Positions 15,950 to 29,974 of a DNA stretch of 64,000 nt are shown piece after piece. This DNA comes from Eledone cirrhosa (taxonomy: Eukaryota), in the NCBI GenBank assembly GCA_964016885.1, contig OZ024747.1, positions 41,044,001 to 41,108,000 of the forward strand, written 5' to 3'. Within the stretch, counting starts at the first letter, position 1; each line of letters starts with the position of its first letter. Below the pieces are notes generated by a model. The model was not told the origin of the DNA and ran no database searches. It saw nothing but the letters and a program-made list of their open reading frames with translations. Position numbers and translations under genes: made by a program.

Positions 15950-18900
15950 TATTATTTCATTTATTGGCCACAAGGGCCGACATATAGGGGACAATACAAA
16001 AGACTGGGGCAGTGGGGTTTTACAGAAAAATCGAGTAAACAATATGAATAACAGTAACAAAGTAACAATAACAAAGTAGAAAATAAAGTAACAAGAAAAT
16101 TACAACAAGAAAAAATTCCCCAATAGGGGGGATGACCACCTAGGGTTCGCTCAGGTACCCCACCAGTCCTGAACGACCCGACTCTTCGAGAGCACTCTGG
16201 AAGGGCACCCCTCTCCTCCTCAAATTTACCTACCTACAGCCGCATGACCAGAGTAGGCCCACTCACACGGGCCATTCTCGCCACATTCACCCACCTTTCA
16301 GCAAATGTACTGTGGGGCAGTACTTCTCTCTCCACCCTCACCTTCCTTTCCAAGTGAAACTTGAAAATGTTGATGAGGGATTGGCCGAAGAGAAAAGTGT
16401 CTGTCTTCAGTCCTTTCAACCTGGTCCACCATACAATCTCTTTCGCTACTGCCACCAGACAGAGGAAAATTGCCTGCCCTTCCTGGCCAAAAGAAGGCGG
16501 CGGGTCGATCTTCACTATGGACTCGGCCGTTAGCCGGATCCGTTCTACACGCGACAACAGCTGTTCAACATAACTCCACAAGTCAGTAATGGACGAGTGC
16601 GTGCAGAACGGTTTCGTCGCTCTGCGCGCATCTTGGGCAGGTCCGTCTGACATCACTTCCGTGTCTGTATAGTTTATCTCTAACCACCAGTGCCCCCCGG
16701 TAGCACTGCCAAGCGAGGGATTTTTGGAAATTATCCAACGTCCCCGGCTCGAAAGTCCTCCAGTACAGACTGGTTAGTTCGACGTCGTTGACTCCCAGAT
16801 CTCTCCGAGTGCGTCGTTGCACTTTGCCACCACTAATCCTCTATAGAACTCGAGAGTTGAAGTTCCACTGACCGCATTGCCCGCCTGGAAGAGGGCAGTG
16901 AGAGCCTGGCAACATTCCAGATGCCAGTCACCCAGTCTCGGTCTCTTCTTGACGCAGGACTGCTGCTCAGTCAAAGAAACGAGCTGCGGAAAGGCTCATC
17001 TGACAAACGGCGACCACACCTGTTCACCGTTTAGGCAGAATATCTGGAGATGCCGCAGCCTCAGCGCGTGCCTGCGCATCATTAGCCACGGCATGCCCAG
17101 TCCTCCACGTAGAGGATGCTGGTAGCAGATGGACCGCCTTACCAGCGGAACCTGACCCTCCACAAGAATTTGAAGAGGAGCCGCTCCAAGATGGCGAGGC
17201 GCGAACGGGAGCAAGGGACGACGGTCAGACGGTAGTAGATGACGGACGCGATGTACGCGTTCGCCACCTCCGCCCGACCTTTCAGTGATAGCTTCATCCC
17301 AGCCCATTTCTGGGTGAGACTGGCTACTCTGCCCGTCACCTCGTCCCAATTCTTATCCACCTGGAGGTCTGGCCCGAACCAAACTCCTAGCAACTTTACC
17401 GGTCCGTCCGTCCAGCGCCTAACGACGCTGTTGGACGGCATGGACTTGCCTCTCCAGGTGCCGAGTTGCAAGCCCACCGACTTTTCCGGGTTAAGTTTTG
17501 CTCCCGTCAACCTTTCATATTCCTTCAATAAGTTGCCGACCACCTCGATTTCTGAGGTGTCCGACACCATCACGGTGATGCCATCCGCATAAGCCGACAC
17601 AGCCTTTCCGCGTCCCGGTTCGAGCGGGATACCCTGCAACAGCTCCAGCTTCTGCAGTAAAGGCTCGAGAGTCAATACGTACAGAAAGGAGGAGAGAGGG
17701 CACCCTTGACGGACCGATCGGGAGACCTGAAACGGTTCCGAGAGGTGGCCATTAATTTTGACCATCGAGCAGGTGCCGCTGTGAATTGCAGCGATCCAGC
17801 TTCTGAAGACGGGGCCGAAGCCAGCCGCCTTGAGGACAGCCTCCAGGTACCGATGGTCGACCATATCGAATGCTTTCGATTAATCTAAATTGATCAGAGC
17901 CCCACCGAAGCCAGGTTTACATCCTACACTCTCTATGATGTATCGCATTAGGTGGAGGTTGTCGTGTATGGACCTGGTTGGGATTGCGCAAGTTTGCGCC
18001 TCCCCAACCAAATCCCCGACGACAAGCGCCAACCTCTTCGCTAACACCCTGGCCAAAATCTTAAACTCTGTGTTGAGCAGAGTTATGGGCCTGAAATTGT
18101 CTAATGTGTCCCTCTTGTTCTCGTCTTTCCTTATCAGCGTCACTACGCCCCATCTCACAGAACTGGGAATACTCCCGTCTTGCTGCCAGTTGCAGTAGAG
18201 GGCTTCGAGGAGATTGGAGACCAAGTCTGGCATATTTACGTAAAGCTCGTAGGGCAGACCATCCAAACCGGGTGATTTGCACCTCATGCAGCCGACAAGG
18301 GCATCCTGAATCTCGGCTGAAGTAATTGGCCTTTCGCAGCGCCCAGCGTCAGCGGTCGAGAGTTGCGGCAAGCCATCTCTGATCCGCCGCTTCCCCCGAA
18401 CAACCGAGCAAAATGTTGGCGAAAGGCCTCACACATCCGCTTGGAATCGTTCAGCTCGTGTCCGTCTCGGTCCGTCAAAGACCGAATCGTGGTTTTATTA
18501 CCACGCTGTGCCTCTGCCACGCGGGCCCATCGAACAGCTTTGGTTCCCTCGTTTTTCAGAGCACGCGCCTTAGCTCTGACAATGCAACCTTCGTGTTTCG
18601 CATTGAAGAAATGGTGTAATGCCATTCTCGCCGCTAGCACGTCAGTTGCAATGCCACTACCAATAGCCTCGTCTAACTTATCTACCAACTCCCCCTCCTT
18701 TCTATTTTTCTCTAACGCTACTTCTTTGCTAAACTCTATCGACATTACTCTAATTTCTCTTTTGAGAGCCCCCCACCATCTATTGTTGACGACTCCCCCT
18801 GTCAACTTTTTCTTAACTAAATTGTTGACCTTGTCCCTGTAAGCCTTACGTGCCGGAAATGACATGTGTAGCTTCCAGTAACCAGGTCCTAACCTACCCG

Positions 18901-21826
18901 TCTTATCTAGGTCAACCATACAGATCACAAACTTGTGATCTGAATAGGCGACTGTTTCAAAACGTAGACAGCTTACACTATTTTTGTCTATTTTCCTAAT
19001 GAATATCCTGTCTATATACGATCTAGATGACCCTATGCGGTTAGCCCAGGTCCACACTGGCGCATGAGGGAAATCTAGTCGGTACCTGTCAGACAGTTGG
19101 AACTGGCTGATCAGGTTCTTGAGGCTTTTGCACCCCCGGCTCCTATCGGATATTCCCACACAGTCCCAGCGTGCGTCTAAGATGCCGTTCCAGTCCCCCC
19201 GCTAACAGTAAAGGGCGAGACGTGCCTAGAAAGGCTTCCAGGCGTCTAAAGAAGTCCGGCCGTCCTGCCCCAGTAGGAGCATAGACGGCCACCAGTCTAA
19301 AGGCACCACCTTCGTTATTGTTCACTCCAGGACCACCAACTTCCCGTCCGAGTCCCGGAAGATCGACCTTACCTCGAGATCCAGGCCTTTCCTAAACAGC
19401 ACTGCCACCCCGCCTCCCATTCCCGGCCGGCTAACAGATGCAAAGATCTGATAGTCGTCGAAAATGGGGGCTAGTGCGCGCGTGTCGGAAATCCTGGTCT
19501 CGCTGACGGCAATTACATCCATTTCTAGAGACCTGAGATCATTGAGCAGGTGACCCTGCTTCCAGAACGATCCCAGGCCTCGAACATTTAAACATCCTAC
19601 TCTTAATACGCCCATGTTGGCAGGTTAAAGAGAGAGAGAGGAAAGGTTTACTTACCTTCCGGGCTCTTGTGAAGGTCGGGTTGTTCGACCTCCATAGTTA
19701 GTGGGGTTTCTTTTGGGAACCCCTTTAAAAGTCTTGAAGTTGGTTTTACGTTCGGGGTTCCCACGTCCCGAGGAAAGCTGTCTCGTATTTCTTTGTATAA
19801 TTCGATCGACATTCGCACCAGAACCAAATCTTCCGGCACGCGAAATGTGCTCGATTTAAAAATGTCCTCCTCTTTTTTGTTTATTTTCACTTCGTGCTAC
19901 GAGGGCCATCAGTTCCTTGTTGGCCCTCCTGACGAGCACGAAGTTTTGTATGTTTTGTTGGTGTGATTTTATTTGTTTGCTTGGCTGTGGTGGTGATGGT
20001 TTTTGGCGGTGTTGTTTCGGTTGTCTGTGTTTGTTGTGAGTGCGGTGTCTGCGGTTTCAGATGTTTGTGTGTATATTTATTCTTGCGTCTGTTTAGGTTG
20101 TTTGCGTTTGGGGGATTCTGGTGATGGTGGTGTTGATGTTGGTGTTGTTGGAGAGATGTTTGTGTGGGTGGTGTCTGCGTATTTTATTGTGGGTGATTTT
20201 GTGCTTTGTTGATTTTTTTTTTCTTTTTGTGTTTCCTTTTTTGTATTTTGGGGGATTTGGGTTTTCCCTCATCTTCACTACTGGTAGATGAGGGGTCTGT
20301 GTCTGTAAGTGTGTCTGTATGTATATTTATGGTTTTATTGGTGTGTGCATTTTTTTTTGGGGGGGGGGATTTGACAGCTTTCCTCCTTTCCCCCCTGGGT
20401 GGTCAATGTTGGTGGTGGTCTTTCTATTGGTGTTGTTGTTGGTGGTTTTGCCGGTTCTGGTGTTGGTTGTGGTCCTCACCCCGGCGTCGGCAGCAGTGGA
20501 GCCTTTCGACCCCTTGCCTCTTTCAGCAGTTGAGGGAAGAAGGCTCACAAATGGGTTTTTTCCCCACAAACAAAACACTGCGGCCTTTTGCCTTCGGTCA
20601 TAATGTGAATGACCGTCCCATTCTGAAGGCGGATGTGGTCCGGGATTGTCTTTACATTCTCGGGCCTGATCTGGAGAAGTATCTCCAGGTCAACCTCGGA
20701 CCAGTCCTCTCTGGCCGTTCTGGTCACTTCTATAGGGATGGTATCCGTCCCCTCCACAATCACACATCCCAGAAGCCACCACATGTCAAGTCCTGGTGGG
20801 ATTCTGGGAATGCGGATACGGGCCGTTCTTTTTCCCATGTGGGAGGGGTACATTATGACCTTGCTGGTTTTGCAAGGAATCATAGCGTGTTTCATAGCGA
20901 GGGATTCTGACTTGAACAACACCGAAATGGTGCCGTACTGTCTGCCCCTCTCTATGTATTCGGTGTCTTCTCTGATGCACCTCAGCGCGACTTCGACATC
21001 TTCTTGTGGGATTAAAGCTGCCATTTTGGTTTGTACTGAGATGCATCTATAATGCACCGTTCTGCGCTCCACTGCCTCAATAGCTTCTACCGGGACAGTT
21101 AAGTTGGCTCAGGTTTGCTCTTGCTTGATGAGTTTCCATGCCTGAGCCAACTTTTCATCTTTGTTTGAGAGGTCCATGTTGAAGCATGGCCTCTTTTTTG
21201 CTACTGCCGCAGCGAAAGTGTTCTTCTTGTTTTCGTTGGGGGTGTTGTTGTCGTTGTCGTTGTTTTTGTTGGCGTTGTTGTTAGCACTGTCGCTGTTATC
21301 ATTGTTGTCTTTGTTGCCACCGTTGTTCTCGGTGCAGTTGGTATTCTTGCTGTTGGTGTTGTCGCTATTTGTTTTCATGTTAGTGGTGTTGATATTGTTG
21401 TTGCATTTGTTATTTTTTTTTTATCTGTATTTACGTTGTCGCTGTTATTGTCATTTTTTTCAAAATTAGAATTCTCATTGGTATCATTGGTGTCTTTGTT
21501 TACATTGTTTGTGGTGGTGTTTATGTTATCAATTTGTGTTAATTTCGCTGTAGCGATCCTCTCAATTTCTTCGTCGTTGTCGCACGACAGCAGACATATC
21601 GCTGTGGGGCGTGGCTCAGCCATGTTTTTTTTTTCTCTGTAAATTTTTTAACATGGAAAAAAAGTTCAAATATTTGGGACAAAAGGCCCAAATATTATAC
21701 ATTCCCCTTCACAGGGCAAAGTCTAAGGGCTTATATCCCTTACACAACAAGAAATATTTAACAACAAATAATTTTAACAGGAAAATAAAGCGACTTACTG
21801 GGAGCAAAAGACGTCCGAACAGACCA
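15950..21826 (-). mobile_element. Near full-length Tx1/L1-clade LINE with frameshifts
   Basis: ORF1 pieces from 21623 (Asn/Asp-rich N-terminus, zinc knuckle CFVCGEKTHL). ORF2 from 19615: APE endonuclease (CLNVRGL, SETR, SDH), RT (KSPGLDGLPYE, RQGCPLS, YADG), C-terminus to 16234. AATAAA plus (TAA)n tail near 15950. Confidence 0.93.
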
Positions 21827-21899
21827 ATAATAATAATAATAATAATAATACATTCGGAGAGTAAGGAGCGTATTAAAGTCACATCTGAACAGTAGGAAT

Positions 21900-23020
21900 G
21901 CCATAAGTGCAGTAAATTCCCGAGCTGCGTCTATTATTAGGTACAGTGCGGGAATTCTGAGATGGAATGTTACTGAACAAAAGAAATGGATAGGAAGACT
22001 AGAAAGCTATTGACTATCTACAACATGTTCCACAAAAGGAGTGATGCCGATAGACTCTACTTATCAGCATAGAGGACTGTGTTCAGATAGAGAAAAACAA
22101 CCTACACAAATACGTGACTGATAGTAGGGAGCCAATGCTCAGAATTGTACTGAAGGAGAGGACAATAGACCAGGGATGTCCAAGGAGGAAATAACAACAA
22201 GGAGAAAGAGCAACCTTCATGAAAAATCCCTTCATAGTGCCTTCTTTGAGAAAACTGAATTTAGAGATCCACAGACATGGAACTGGTTGAAAAGAGGAGA
22301 CCTTAAAAAGGCTACAGAAGGAATGCTAATGGCTGCGCAAGAGCAGGCCCTCAAAACGAAGTGGCTGAAACACCATATTTACAAGGAGGAGGCTAGCCCA
22401 CTGTGTAGGATCTGTGGAGTGAGACTGTGGCTCACATTGTATCCAGACTCACTATAAAGGCTGGAGACATGATGTGATGGGCAGGGTGATCCACTGGCAC
22501 CTATGCAAAGTAAACAATTTACCACATTCTGAGAAGTGGTATGAGCATAAGCCACAGTCGGTGATAGAAGACGATCAGGTGAAGGTGCTATGGGATTTTA
22601 GGATACAGACGGACAAGAAACTGGAACACAATAGGCCTGACCTGGTAGTTTTGGACAAAGAAAAAAGATCGTGCCTGATTGTAGACGTGGCCTGCCCATT
22701 TGACACGAGAGTGCAAAAAAAAGAGAGGGAGAAAATTAACCACTACCAGGACTTAAAGTGGGAGGTAAAAAGGATTTGGAACTGCTATGAAGTCAGAGTC
22801 GTCCCGATTGTCATAGGCGCACTAGGTACTATCTCAAAGAGTTTCCAAGGATGGTTAAAGAAAATTAGTCCAGCCCCGCTTTTTGGAACACTTCAAAAGG
22901 CATGCTTGCTGGGAATAGCAAGAACCCTCCGGTACGTCCTGAATATCTGAGGCTGCAGGTAGTGGCTTGATATTCATTTCAACAAACTTTCCAGTTAAAC
23001 ATCAATGACTGAGACTCAAA

Positions 23021-23025
<5 letters not shown>
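21900..23025 (+). mobile_element. R4/Dong-like non-LTR retrotransposon 3' fragment
   Basis: WLKRGDLKKATEGMLMAAQEQAL, CRICG knuckle, restriction-like endonuclease HNRPDLVVLD...IVDVACPFD...YQDLKWE...VPIVIGALG; ends in (AAT)n. Confidence 0.88.
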
Positions 23026-23085
<60 letters not shown>

Positions 23086-23087
<2 letters not shown>

Positions 23088-23273
23088 TGTTTCTACTTTT
23101 GGCACAAGGCCAGCAATTACTCAGTGCATTACTGGTACTTTATTTTATCGACCCCGGAAGGATGAAAGGCAAAGTTAACCTCGGCGGGATTTGAACTCAG
23201 ATCATACAGGGAGGTAACTCTATGCTTCAGAGCATGGCATCCGACCCTCTACCGATACTGCCAATCCACCGCC
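23086..23273 (-). mobile_element. tRNA-derived SINE
   Basis: Full copy of the same family, inserted in (AAT)n. Confidence 0.9.
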
Positions 23274-23300
23274 TTTATAACACAATAATAATAATAATAA

Positions 23301-23540
23301 TGAAGTCAAAGTGGTCCCGATTGTCATAGGCGCGCTAGGTACTATCTCAAAAAGTTTCCAGGGATGGTTAAAGAAAATTGGCCCCTTCACGCTTTTTGGA
23401 ACGCTTCAAAAGGCATGCTTGCTGGGAACAGCAAGAACCCTCCGATACGTCCTGAATATCTGAGGCTGCAGGTAGTGGCTTGATATTCATTTCAACAAAC
23501 TTTCCAGTTAAATAACATCAATGACTGAAACTCAAAGAAC
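23301..23540 (+). mobile_element. Second, shorter 3' copy of the same R4/Dong-like element
   Basis: Nearly identical to 22788-23022 and flanked by (AAT)n on both sides. Confidence 0.88.
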
Positions 23541-23571
<31 letters not shown>

Positions 23572-23779
23572 TCCCTCCTTGTATTTACATATGCATATGC
23601 ACATGAGTATATATGTATACTGTTTTTTTTGTTTTTTTGTTTTTTTTTAATTATAATCAATGTGCTGTATTAACTGGCTTACCAATGCACACTGAATTTA
23701 TTTGCCCTGGGTGTCGGGAAGACACTCGGCATATATCTCAGAAACAATAATGAAGGAAAATAAAAACATTAATAGTAAT

Positions 23780-23966
23780 AATTGTTTCTACTTTTGGCAC
23801 AAGGCCAGCAATTACCCAGTACATTACTGGTACTATATTTTATTGACCCCGTAAGGATGAAAGGCAAAGTTGATCTCGGCGGGATTTGGACTCAGAATGG
23901 AAAGGGCCGTAACTCAATGCATCAAAGCATGGTGTCTGACCCTCTACCGATACTGCCAATCCACCA
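23780..23966 (-). mobile_element. tRNA-derived SINE
   Basis: Full copy of the same family. Confidence 0.9.
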
Positions 23967-23972
23967 AAGGGT

Positions 23973-24022
23973 GAACTGTACTGATGAAGGGCGGTACCCA
24001 GAAACATTAGTGTCTGCAGTTC
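23973..24022 (+). ncRNA. Canonical type I hammerhead motif
   Basis: gaactgta-CTGATGA-a ggg cggta ccc a-GAAA-cattagtg-TC-tgcagttc; 8-bp stem I, GUC cleavage triplet. Confidence 0.88.
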
Positions 24023-24790
24023 TGTTGCATGCCAACACAAGAGCAAGAATGAAGTGTTCATTCTACTGACATGGCTATAAAATTGAGGCTTGTTTTCGTA
24101 ATTGCAAACGAATCGAATATTATTATTAATATTCGAAAAACTCAGATTACATTTATTGTATTCAGCCATTGGAATATGGCAAAGCTGGCCATTGATCGAT
24201 CGTATACAGGAAACTGACTGGCCAGTCTGCTGATATGCAAATCTGGCTGATTAGTGGATCTGTTAATATGCAGATCTGACTGATCAGCCAGTCCGCTAAT
24301 ATGCAAATCAGGTCGATCAGTCACTGTGTATTTTAGAAAATATCATAAGTAAAGTACTATCTTTACTAATGATATCATATTTTCACTAGCTCTGACAGTT
24401 GGCAGGTGAACAGTTCTGTTTACATGCCAGCACAAGAGCAAGAATGAGGGGCTCATTCTACTTACATGGCTTTAAAAATGAGGCTTGTTTGCATAATTGC
24501 AAACGAATCAAATATTATCATTAATATTCGAAAAACTCTGATTACAGTTATATATATATATATATAGTAATAATAATAAATTTGAAAACTAAAATCCAAA
24601 GCGGGCTCGATAAGGATAAATATATATCAAATATATAAGAACCGTAGAGCAAATATTTATTAAAATAACAGATTACAGTTTAAGCAAAGAATCGCTGCTT
24701 TCACCCTTAACGGGATCTTCAGAAGATCCCGTTAAGGGTGAAAGCAGCGATTCTTTGCTTAAACTTTAATCTGTTATTTTAATAAATATA

Positions 24791-24866
<76 letters not shown>

Positions 24867-25594
24867 AAGAATGAAGATTAACATGGTTGGCTGTACAATA
24901 AGGGCTATATTTAAAGTTTCCTTGATCATGTGGGTCTAGAGTTCGCTAATCGCTTGATGTTGCGTTATTCGATCTCCAATACATTATTCACCTATGGTCA
25001 ACACATCAGAGTATGTAGATATGAAAATAATTCACTCGAGGCAAGACTTATATAGAGAAATAGCGTATAATTAAAACAATAACAGCAAAATAGAAAGATC
25101 TATTTTCTGTAGACATAAAATAGCTACTAGATTCGCAAACTTTAAACCACCATGAACTGAACCAACCATCCGGTCCCTGTATGACCCTCTAGATCTATGG
25201 CAGAAATACTGGTCAATCCAAGTCTCACATCACTATCGCCGAATCTTGAAAGTAGCAGGTCATCGTTGTAGTAACGAATTCTGCAAGTAGCCAGTTTTTT
25301 CAAATGTCAATCAGTGGTTGTTTATAGAAGTAGTAACAGCCATCTCCACCCAACAACTTTGAATAAGCGGTTGGAATATTATAATGCTAGTTAATCTAAA
25401 CTATAATATACTATATAATGCTCCGGCTTGTACTATTTCTACATATGAGCGCTTCATTTTATCTGCATTACAGCCGATTCACCATGATATATATTCTTTT
25501 AATATGGCATAAGTGTTTGTGTATGAGATATGAGATTGTGAACGTACTTATGTGTGCAGCTTTGTATACATGAGTGATAGAACATATATATACA

Positions 25595-25645
<51 letters not shown>

Positions 25646-27372
25646 TTCTTTAGATCTCACTTTACTTAAAGTAAATATTACATAGACGTATGGTAGGATG
25701 GGATTTAATTAATTGGAAAGCAGAGACACTTCTCATCATCATGTAACTGATATTTTGTTGAACGTTAACTATACTTAAGAATTTTAGTGTATATTGTTGT
25801 ATGCGAGCATGGATAATGATTCTAGTAGATATCGCATTCATTTCTGAGCCCGGGAGATATTGGCTATAAATTAATCAAACGTTATCAATGAAACAGAAAC
25901 CTACAATTAAAACCAATGTCATTTCTAATCAATAGATATTTATTTGATATATATTTGATGACATAAAGTCATTAAATGAAGCACTAATCATTATATCGCG
26001 AAAATATTTTAGAAACAAATTGCATGTCAAATGAGGAATATTAATGATTGTAATTAGCCCAGAGATATATACTGTTCGCTTGAATGTATGTAGATATACA
26101 ATACTCGCTTATTCTCACTTTTGCAGGGGTGAATACTCAGGGGTGAATACACCGTTAAACTTGAACTTATAATATTGCTGTATTAGTGTATGTTTGTGTC
26201 GGAAGAGTTTTGCTAGCAGTGAAATGAATCTGCGTTTATGGTTGTTTGACTGGCATTCAAGCTATTGCAAGATTGTGACTTTTACAAGGGAATTCACTAA
26301 AATATAGAGCCTCCTTATTAAAGAAATCTTTATCATATTTCCGAAGAGTCATTATAATTATAGTTTCTTTAAGTTACAAAACCACTGTCTACACATGTTT
26401 AATTTCTCTTATGTCATATTTGCCATTTAGAATGATGCGAATGTGACATAATATGCTATTTACACGTATAATAGAGTCTTATCGAATGCAGTCGAGCTGT
26501 ATTTCTTAACTGGAACTCCTCGAGGTATTTCTAGAAAACATTTACGAAAGACACGAGTCCCATTTTCTCAACTCATTCATCTATTGATTTCAGATGCAGT
26601 TTTTCTTTAGGAAAGAAAAGAAAATTTTGGCTAGAGGAGTTGCGACTTCTTCTAAATTCAATAGATGATTATTCTAGCAGATTTTGTTTGTTTCCCATTA
26701 TTTTTATTGGGGGTGGGGGGGGGGGGGGCTATTTTTTCCTATTTCTATTTCCGTCCACAGACAGTAAATATAGTTTTTCATTGCCCCAACATCAAGCTAG
26801 AACTTCATTGTATTATATAGAATGGTCTTTGAAACTGTTCGTTAACTGAGATCTTAGATAATCTAATCGTAATATTACCACCTTTACTAATCTAATCAGT
26901 TACACAAATAGACCCAAATGCAATTAGATTTTTATAAAATTTTATTTTAGTTTTTTATATTGTAAATGTGGTCTTCGATTACACATTGGCTGCTATACGT
27001 CCTCTCTCGACCAATACTCTTCTCAGTATAATTATTTTGAACACACATGAATCGGTCGTAGTATTTACCTTTCTTTACAATTTTATGAATAAGGAAAACC
27101 TTTTTTTTTTTTCGTTTTAATACTTATCCTTTTGTATTATCTTCACTTTTACTTAAAATCATTTTTCGGCTCCAAATATTTATAATTTCTTAGCTTCTTT
27201 TCCTCTATCGGTATTGTATGATTTTAAGGACTTCATAAAATGTTGTTATTTATGCTATAGAGTTCGATCGACAAGATCAGAAGCCGAGTTGGGGTGGAAC
27301 TCGTCGAATCGCACCAATGTTTCAATTGGTGATCCATTACTGATACTATCTACCGGCTGCAACACCTGGCAG

Positions 27373-27415
<43 letters not shown>

Positions 27416-27949
27416 GTATTTCCGTAGAAAAGGTAAGGGAAGGAAGAGTGCTTTATGTATAGTACAGAGCTATTTGATTGTGTAATGAACAACATAATAC
27501 AATTATTCCATTTACCAAAGGTTTCACGAAGGCAGGTGACCTCAGCAGAGGTGTCCTAAATCGAACGAATTATTACATAATTATATATATATATATATAT
27601 ATTGTTATATTTGGGGGAGAGGATGATGTTGTTCTAATATTGCCAGAAATATATAGTAAAACACACTCACTGTTTGGTTTGGTTTTGGGTTTTGGGTTTT
27701 CGCTTCAGTATATTTTTATATTTCTACAAATAATTCAGCTGGCAATCAATGTTTATCATTGATTGACCAACAGTTAAAAAATATAAATATGAATATAGTT
27801 TCTCAGAGTTCTTTTGTCACACACATCTGTGACATCCTTAGAGATGTTTCTATATTTCCTCCCGTTGTGTTCCTGTAATGTTTCCTTATTCTCTTTTATT
27901 TATTCATTTATTTATTTATTTCCTTGCAAAACAAAAATATATATATAAT

Positions 27950-29400
27950 AAACAGAAAAAAGGAAACGAAATTTCATTTCCCACTCTTAGTACGGCTGTT
28001 ACTTAAATATAAGTATGTACACGTACATACATATATGTATACAGACTTAAAGTAGTATGTATATATATATATTCATACATGCACACATATATATATGTAC
28101 GTATGGATTCACCGAACATTTATTATAATGCTCGGTGTGTTTGTAAACAAACATCCCGTATTAAGCCGTAGTGTCTAGCTACCATCGTTGTTCGTTTGTT
28201 CAACACTGACAAAGGAACGCTGTACTAGTTTCAAGCTTATTAGCTATCGTCAGCAACGTATACCTTCCTGCCAGATTGTTGAACGTATATACTTACCTTA
28301 TGCATATTAACGGCTGAGTAGCACAATTTGCATATCGAGTGGGTTAATCGGCCGGGTGCACCGAAAACGATAAACAGAAAAAATGAAACGAAATTTCATT
28401 TCCCACTCTTAGTACGACTGTTACTTAAATATAAGTATGTACACCTACATACATATATGTATACAGACGTACAGTAGTATGTATATATATACATACATAC
28501 ACACATATATATTTGTACGTATGGATTTACCGAACATTTATTATAATGCTCGGTGTGTTTGTAAACAAACATCCCGTATTAAGCCATAGTGTCTAGCAAC
28601 CATCGTTGCTCGTTTGTTCAACGCTGACAAAGGAACGCTGTACTAGTTTCAAGCTTATTAGCTATCGTCAGCAACGTATACCTTCCTGGTAAGGATATAC
28701 GTTCAACAATCTGGCAGGAAGGTATACGTTGCTGATGATAGCTAATAAGCTTGAAACTGATACAGCGTTCCTTTGTCAGTGTTGAACAAACGAGCAACGA
28801 TGGTTGCTAGACACTACGGCTTAATACGGGATGTTTGTTTACAAATACACCGAGCATTATAATAAATGTTCGGTGAATCCATACGTACATATATATATGT
28901 GTGCATGTATGTCTATATATATACATACTACTGTACGTCTGTATACATATATGTATGTACGTGTACATACTTATATTTAAGTAACATCCGTACTAAGAGT
29001 GGGAAATGAAATTTCGTTTCATTTTACCTGTTTATCGTTTTCGGTGCACCCGGCCGATTAACCCACTCGATATGCAAATTGGGCTACTCAGCCGTTAATA
29101 TGCATAAGGTAAGTATATACGTTCAACAATCTGGCAGGAAGATATACGTTGCTGACGATAGCTAATAAGCTTGAAACTAGTACAGCGTTCCTTTGTCAGT
29201 GTTGAACAAACGAGCAACGATGGTTGCTAGACACTACGGCTTAATACGGGATGTTTGTTTACAAACACACCGAGCATTATAATAAATGTTCGGTGAATCC
29301 ATACGTACATATATATATATATGTGTGCATGTATGTATATATATATATATATACTACTGTACGTCTGTATACATATATGTATGTACGTGTACATACTTAT
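27950..29400. repeat. About 420-bp hammerhead-bearing tandem plus inverted array
   Basis: Hammerheads acgttg-CTGAYGA-t agct aata agct t-GAAA-ctag-TA-cagcgt at 28217-28259(-), 28635-28677(-), 28726-28768(+, stem III ctga) and 29146-29188(+); inversion near 28690. Confidence 0.9.
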
Positions 29401-29637
29401 ATATATAATATATATATATATAGGAACGATTAGGACCCCGACGGCTGAGCTCAAGCCGTTTCGACGGCTAATTCGACGACTAATTTCGACGGCTAATTCT
29501 GGACAGAATTAGCCGTCGAAACGGCTTGAGCTCAGCCGTCGGGGTCCTACTCGTTCCTATTACCCACTCTACTACCCTAAGTATTGAGTACTTTGTTGCG
29601 TTATGGTCCACCTGGTTCCTTACCACATTTCCTTCGT

Positions 29638-29671
<34 letters not shown>

Positions 29672-29879
29672 CGGGGGGATGGTTGTGTCGATGGATAGAT
29701 AGATAAATAGATAGATAGATAGATAAATAGCTAAATAGATAAATAGATAGATATAGATAGATGGATATAAGTGATACTGTGCATGTGTGTATATATTGAC
29801 ACAGATGGGGAATAAAACGATATTAGAAGTATTGAAAAAAGGGTATATATTTGTGCAAGTAAATCATATTTCTACGTAC

Positions 29880-29974
29880 ATCTTCAGGGTCTTGGTGTGA
29901 TACATCTAGGCATCTGTTGTAGTCTGCTTTTGATGCCCATGTGCCATTCTCATTGCATCGTCGTGTCCCGTTTT
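29880..29974 (-). CDS. Class B GPCR ectodomain exon (next exon)
   Basis: Acceptor tatttattccag and donor gtacgt; 95 nt, phase 1-0. Splices in frame to the 47242 exon giving KNGTRRCNENGTWASKADYNRCLDVSHQDPED (RxCxxxGxW...YxxC motif). No TM1 exon found in 1-29879. Confidence 0.92.

Noticed and set aside
16312-21642. Plus-strand ORFs over the LINE
   Set aside because: Antisense shadows of the minus-strand Tx1 ORFs.
25640-25745. Candidate TM1 exon ending YFK before gtaaag
   Set aside because: Upstream translation is not hydrophobic and lacks the class B TM1 motif.
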